Assembly (NCBI GenBank): GCA_963760795.1
Contig: CAVXEP010000013.1
Coordinates: 192,001 to 256,000, forward strand
Length of the DNA stretch: 64,000 nt
Direction: 5' to 3'
Source of the DNA: an uncultured delta proteobacterium
GTDB lineage: Bacteria; Desulfobacterota; Binatia; UBA9968
Made by a program: the position numbers and the translations under genes. The notes below the pieces were generated by a model, which worked only from the letters and a program-made list of their open reading frames with translations, was not told where the DNA came from and did not search any database. Shown in pieces: positions 62,556 to 64,000 of the stretch (position 1 is the first letter of the stretch; each line of letters starts with the position of its first letter).

Positions 62556-64000
62556 ATGTTCCTCATATTGAAGAAGTTTAGTCTGAGGGTAATTATCCCG
62601 AGCGTTTCCCTGATCATACTTGTGAACCTGCTTCTTTCAGAGTCCCATGAAAGTAATCCGCATAAACGCATCGAAGAGGCGTTGGCCTCGGGGAATTATG
62701 ACCTCGCAAAGGCGGAATACCGAAAGCTGATTCAGGACAACTTCTTCAAGGTCGAGTATCACAGAGGCTATATTCGTAGCCATCTCAGGCTATCTGAGCG
62801 GACAACCCGCCCGTCCAGGCGAGACAATCAGGACATAATAGAGGGGTATCGGCGCTACGCTTCGGCGAGTGCTCCCGAAGTGTCTGATATCGGCTACTAC
62901 GGACTCGGCTTTTTCTACGGTCTTCAGACCGACGACGAGCGGGCACGTGAGAATTTTCTGCACGTTCGGAATACACGACTCCCCTACCTGAACTATTCTC
63001 TTGGAGCCATCTATAGCAGGACGGGTCGTCGCGATCTCGCGAAGCAACACTTCGATCGAGAGATCCAACTTGGAGGCATTGTCACCGGAGCGTATTCGAA
63101 CCTCGCTGTGCTGCTTTTCGCAACAAAGCAGTACAGTGAGCTCAAGCAAATTGCTGCGCGTCCTGAAGCAAAAAACTCTATCCCATTGGATATCCGACGC
63201 TTACTTGCGCTACGAGAGGGGAGGTATGCGGACTACGTACGGGAAGTTTTGGGTTTCCACGGCGTAACCACCTACGGTCTTCTCGGCGCTGTGCTGATAC
63301 TTGGCGCGTGGTTTGTCTATCTCCAGCAGATCGAGGTGTTCGAGCCGAAACGCCTTTGGTTCGGCGGGATAATCCTGGCCGGAGGGATGATTTTTTCTTG
63401 CTTTGCGCTCCCGCTCTACGATTTTGCCTTCGGATTCCGCCCCAATCTCACAAACCTGAGCGATCTCCTTTTTTATATGTTTTTAGGCGTGGGACCGATT
63501 GAGGAAGTACTAAAAATTCTTCCTATGCTCCTGCTCATGTGGTTGACCCCTGCGCTCGAAAAGCCAGTGAACTACATTATCTACGGCTCTATATCGGCGC
63601 TAGGATTCGCCTTCATGGAAAACCTGCGCCCTTCCTATGAATGGAGACTCGGAGCAGTCTCCACGCGCGCCTCTGGCGCTGTCATCCTGCACATGACACA
63701 GACATCATTAGTTATGTACGGCCTCTTCTACAGCAGGTACCGCGTCAAGAAAAAGCCGTTTCAGTACTTTCTCCTCGCTCTTTTAGCAGCATGCGTCCTT
63801 CATGGGACTATTGATTTCTTATTGTTCAAGGGCTGGGGCGTTCTCTGTCTTCCAATACTGATTTATGTCATCCGCCAGTACGGTATCTTTATCAATTGCA
63901 CCCTGAACCTGTCCGACGGTAATCCGGACCAGCCAAAGCGACAGCTCGATCTCACCGAGTATCTCTGCTATTCGCTGGCGGCCATCGTTATCCTCCAGTA
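62556..64000 (+). CDS. PrsW-family intramembrane glutamic protease with N-terminal TPR-like region (runs off right edge)
   Basis: Manual translation from ATG 62556: TM, TPR-like helices, then GPIEEVLK, GFAFMEN, VILH and LHGTIDF motifs. Confidence 0.8.
   Translation, partial: MFLILKKFSLRVIIPSVSLIILVNLLLSESHESNPHKRIEEALASGNYDLAKAEYRKLIQDNFFKVEYHRGYIRSHLRLSERTTRPSRRDNQDIIEGYRRYASASAPEVSDIGYYGLGFFYGLQTDDERARENFLHVRNTRLPYLNYSLGAIYSRTGRRDLAKQHFDREIQLGGIVTGAYSNLAVLLFATKQYSELKQIAARPEAKNSIPLDIRRLLALREGRYADYVREVLGFHGVTTYGLLGAVLILGAWFVYLQQIEVFEPKRLWFGGIILAGGMIFSCFALPLYDFAFGFRPNLTNLSDLLFYMFLGVGPIEEVLKILPMLLLMWLTPALEKPVNYIIYGSISALGFAFMENLRPSYEWRLGAVSTRASGAVILHMTQTSLVMYGLFYSRYRVKKKPFQYFLLALLAACVLHGTIDFLLFKGWGVLCLPILIYVIRQYGIFINCTLNLSDGNPDQPKRQLDLTEYLCYSLAAIVILQ

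Overview
A GC-rich bacterial chromosomal window. The gene content (expanded orphan ABC_sub_bind, Bug/TctC and Fe/polyamine-type binding proteins, LigX/phthalate-type Rieske oxygenases, a multi-GAF kinase) resembles uncultured deltaproteobacteria such as Ca. Binatia; this is inference only. Left to right: a sugar ABC transporter; tamB-tamA divergent from mlaC-lapA; an alpha-glucan/trehalose cluster (glgE, treS-mak, glgB, treZ, treY) in which glgC and glgX survive only as remnants, preceded by cdaA, htpX and lemA; an aromatic-acid uptake/oxidation region; and an accessory region from 47.5 to 62.3 kb. That region holds six orphan ABC_sub_bind paralogs around a 7 kb cytoplasmic histidine kinase with 12 GAF domains in an alternating constant/variable (A-B)5-B-C array. 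Frameshifts cluster in 47.5-58.3 kb and may be consensus errors. Intergenic DNA carries many 7/8/9-mer tandem repeats (often with inverted arms), REP-like palindromes and a MITE-like element. A decayed attC-like site precedes the MOSC gene. No rRNA, tRNA, CRISPR array, transposase or integrase was seen. All family assignments are by motif recognition, not database search.
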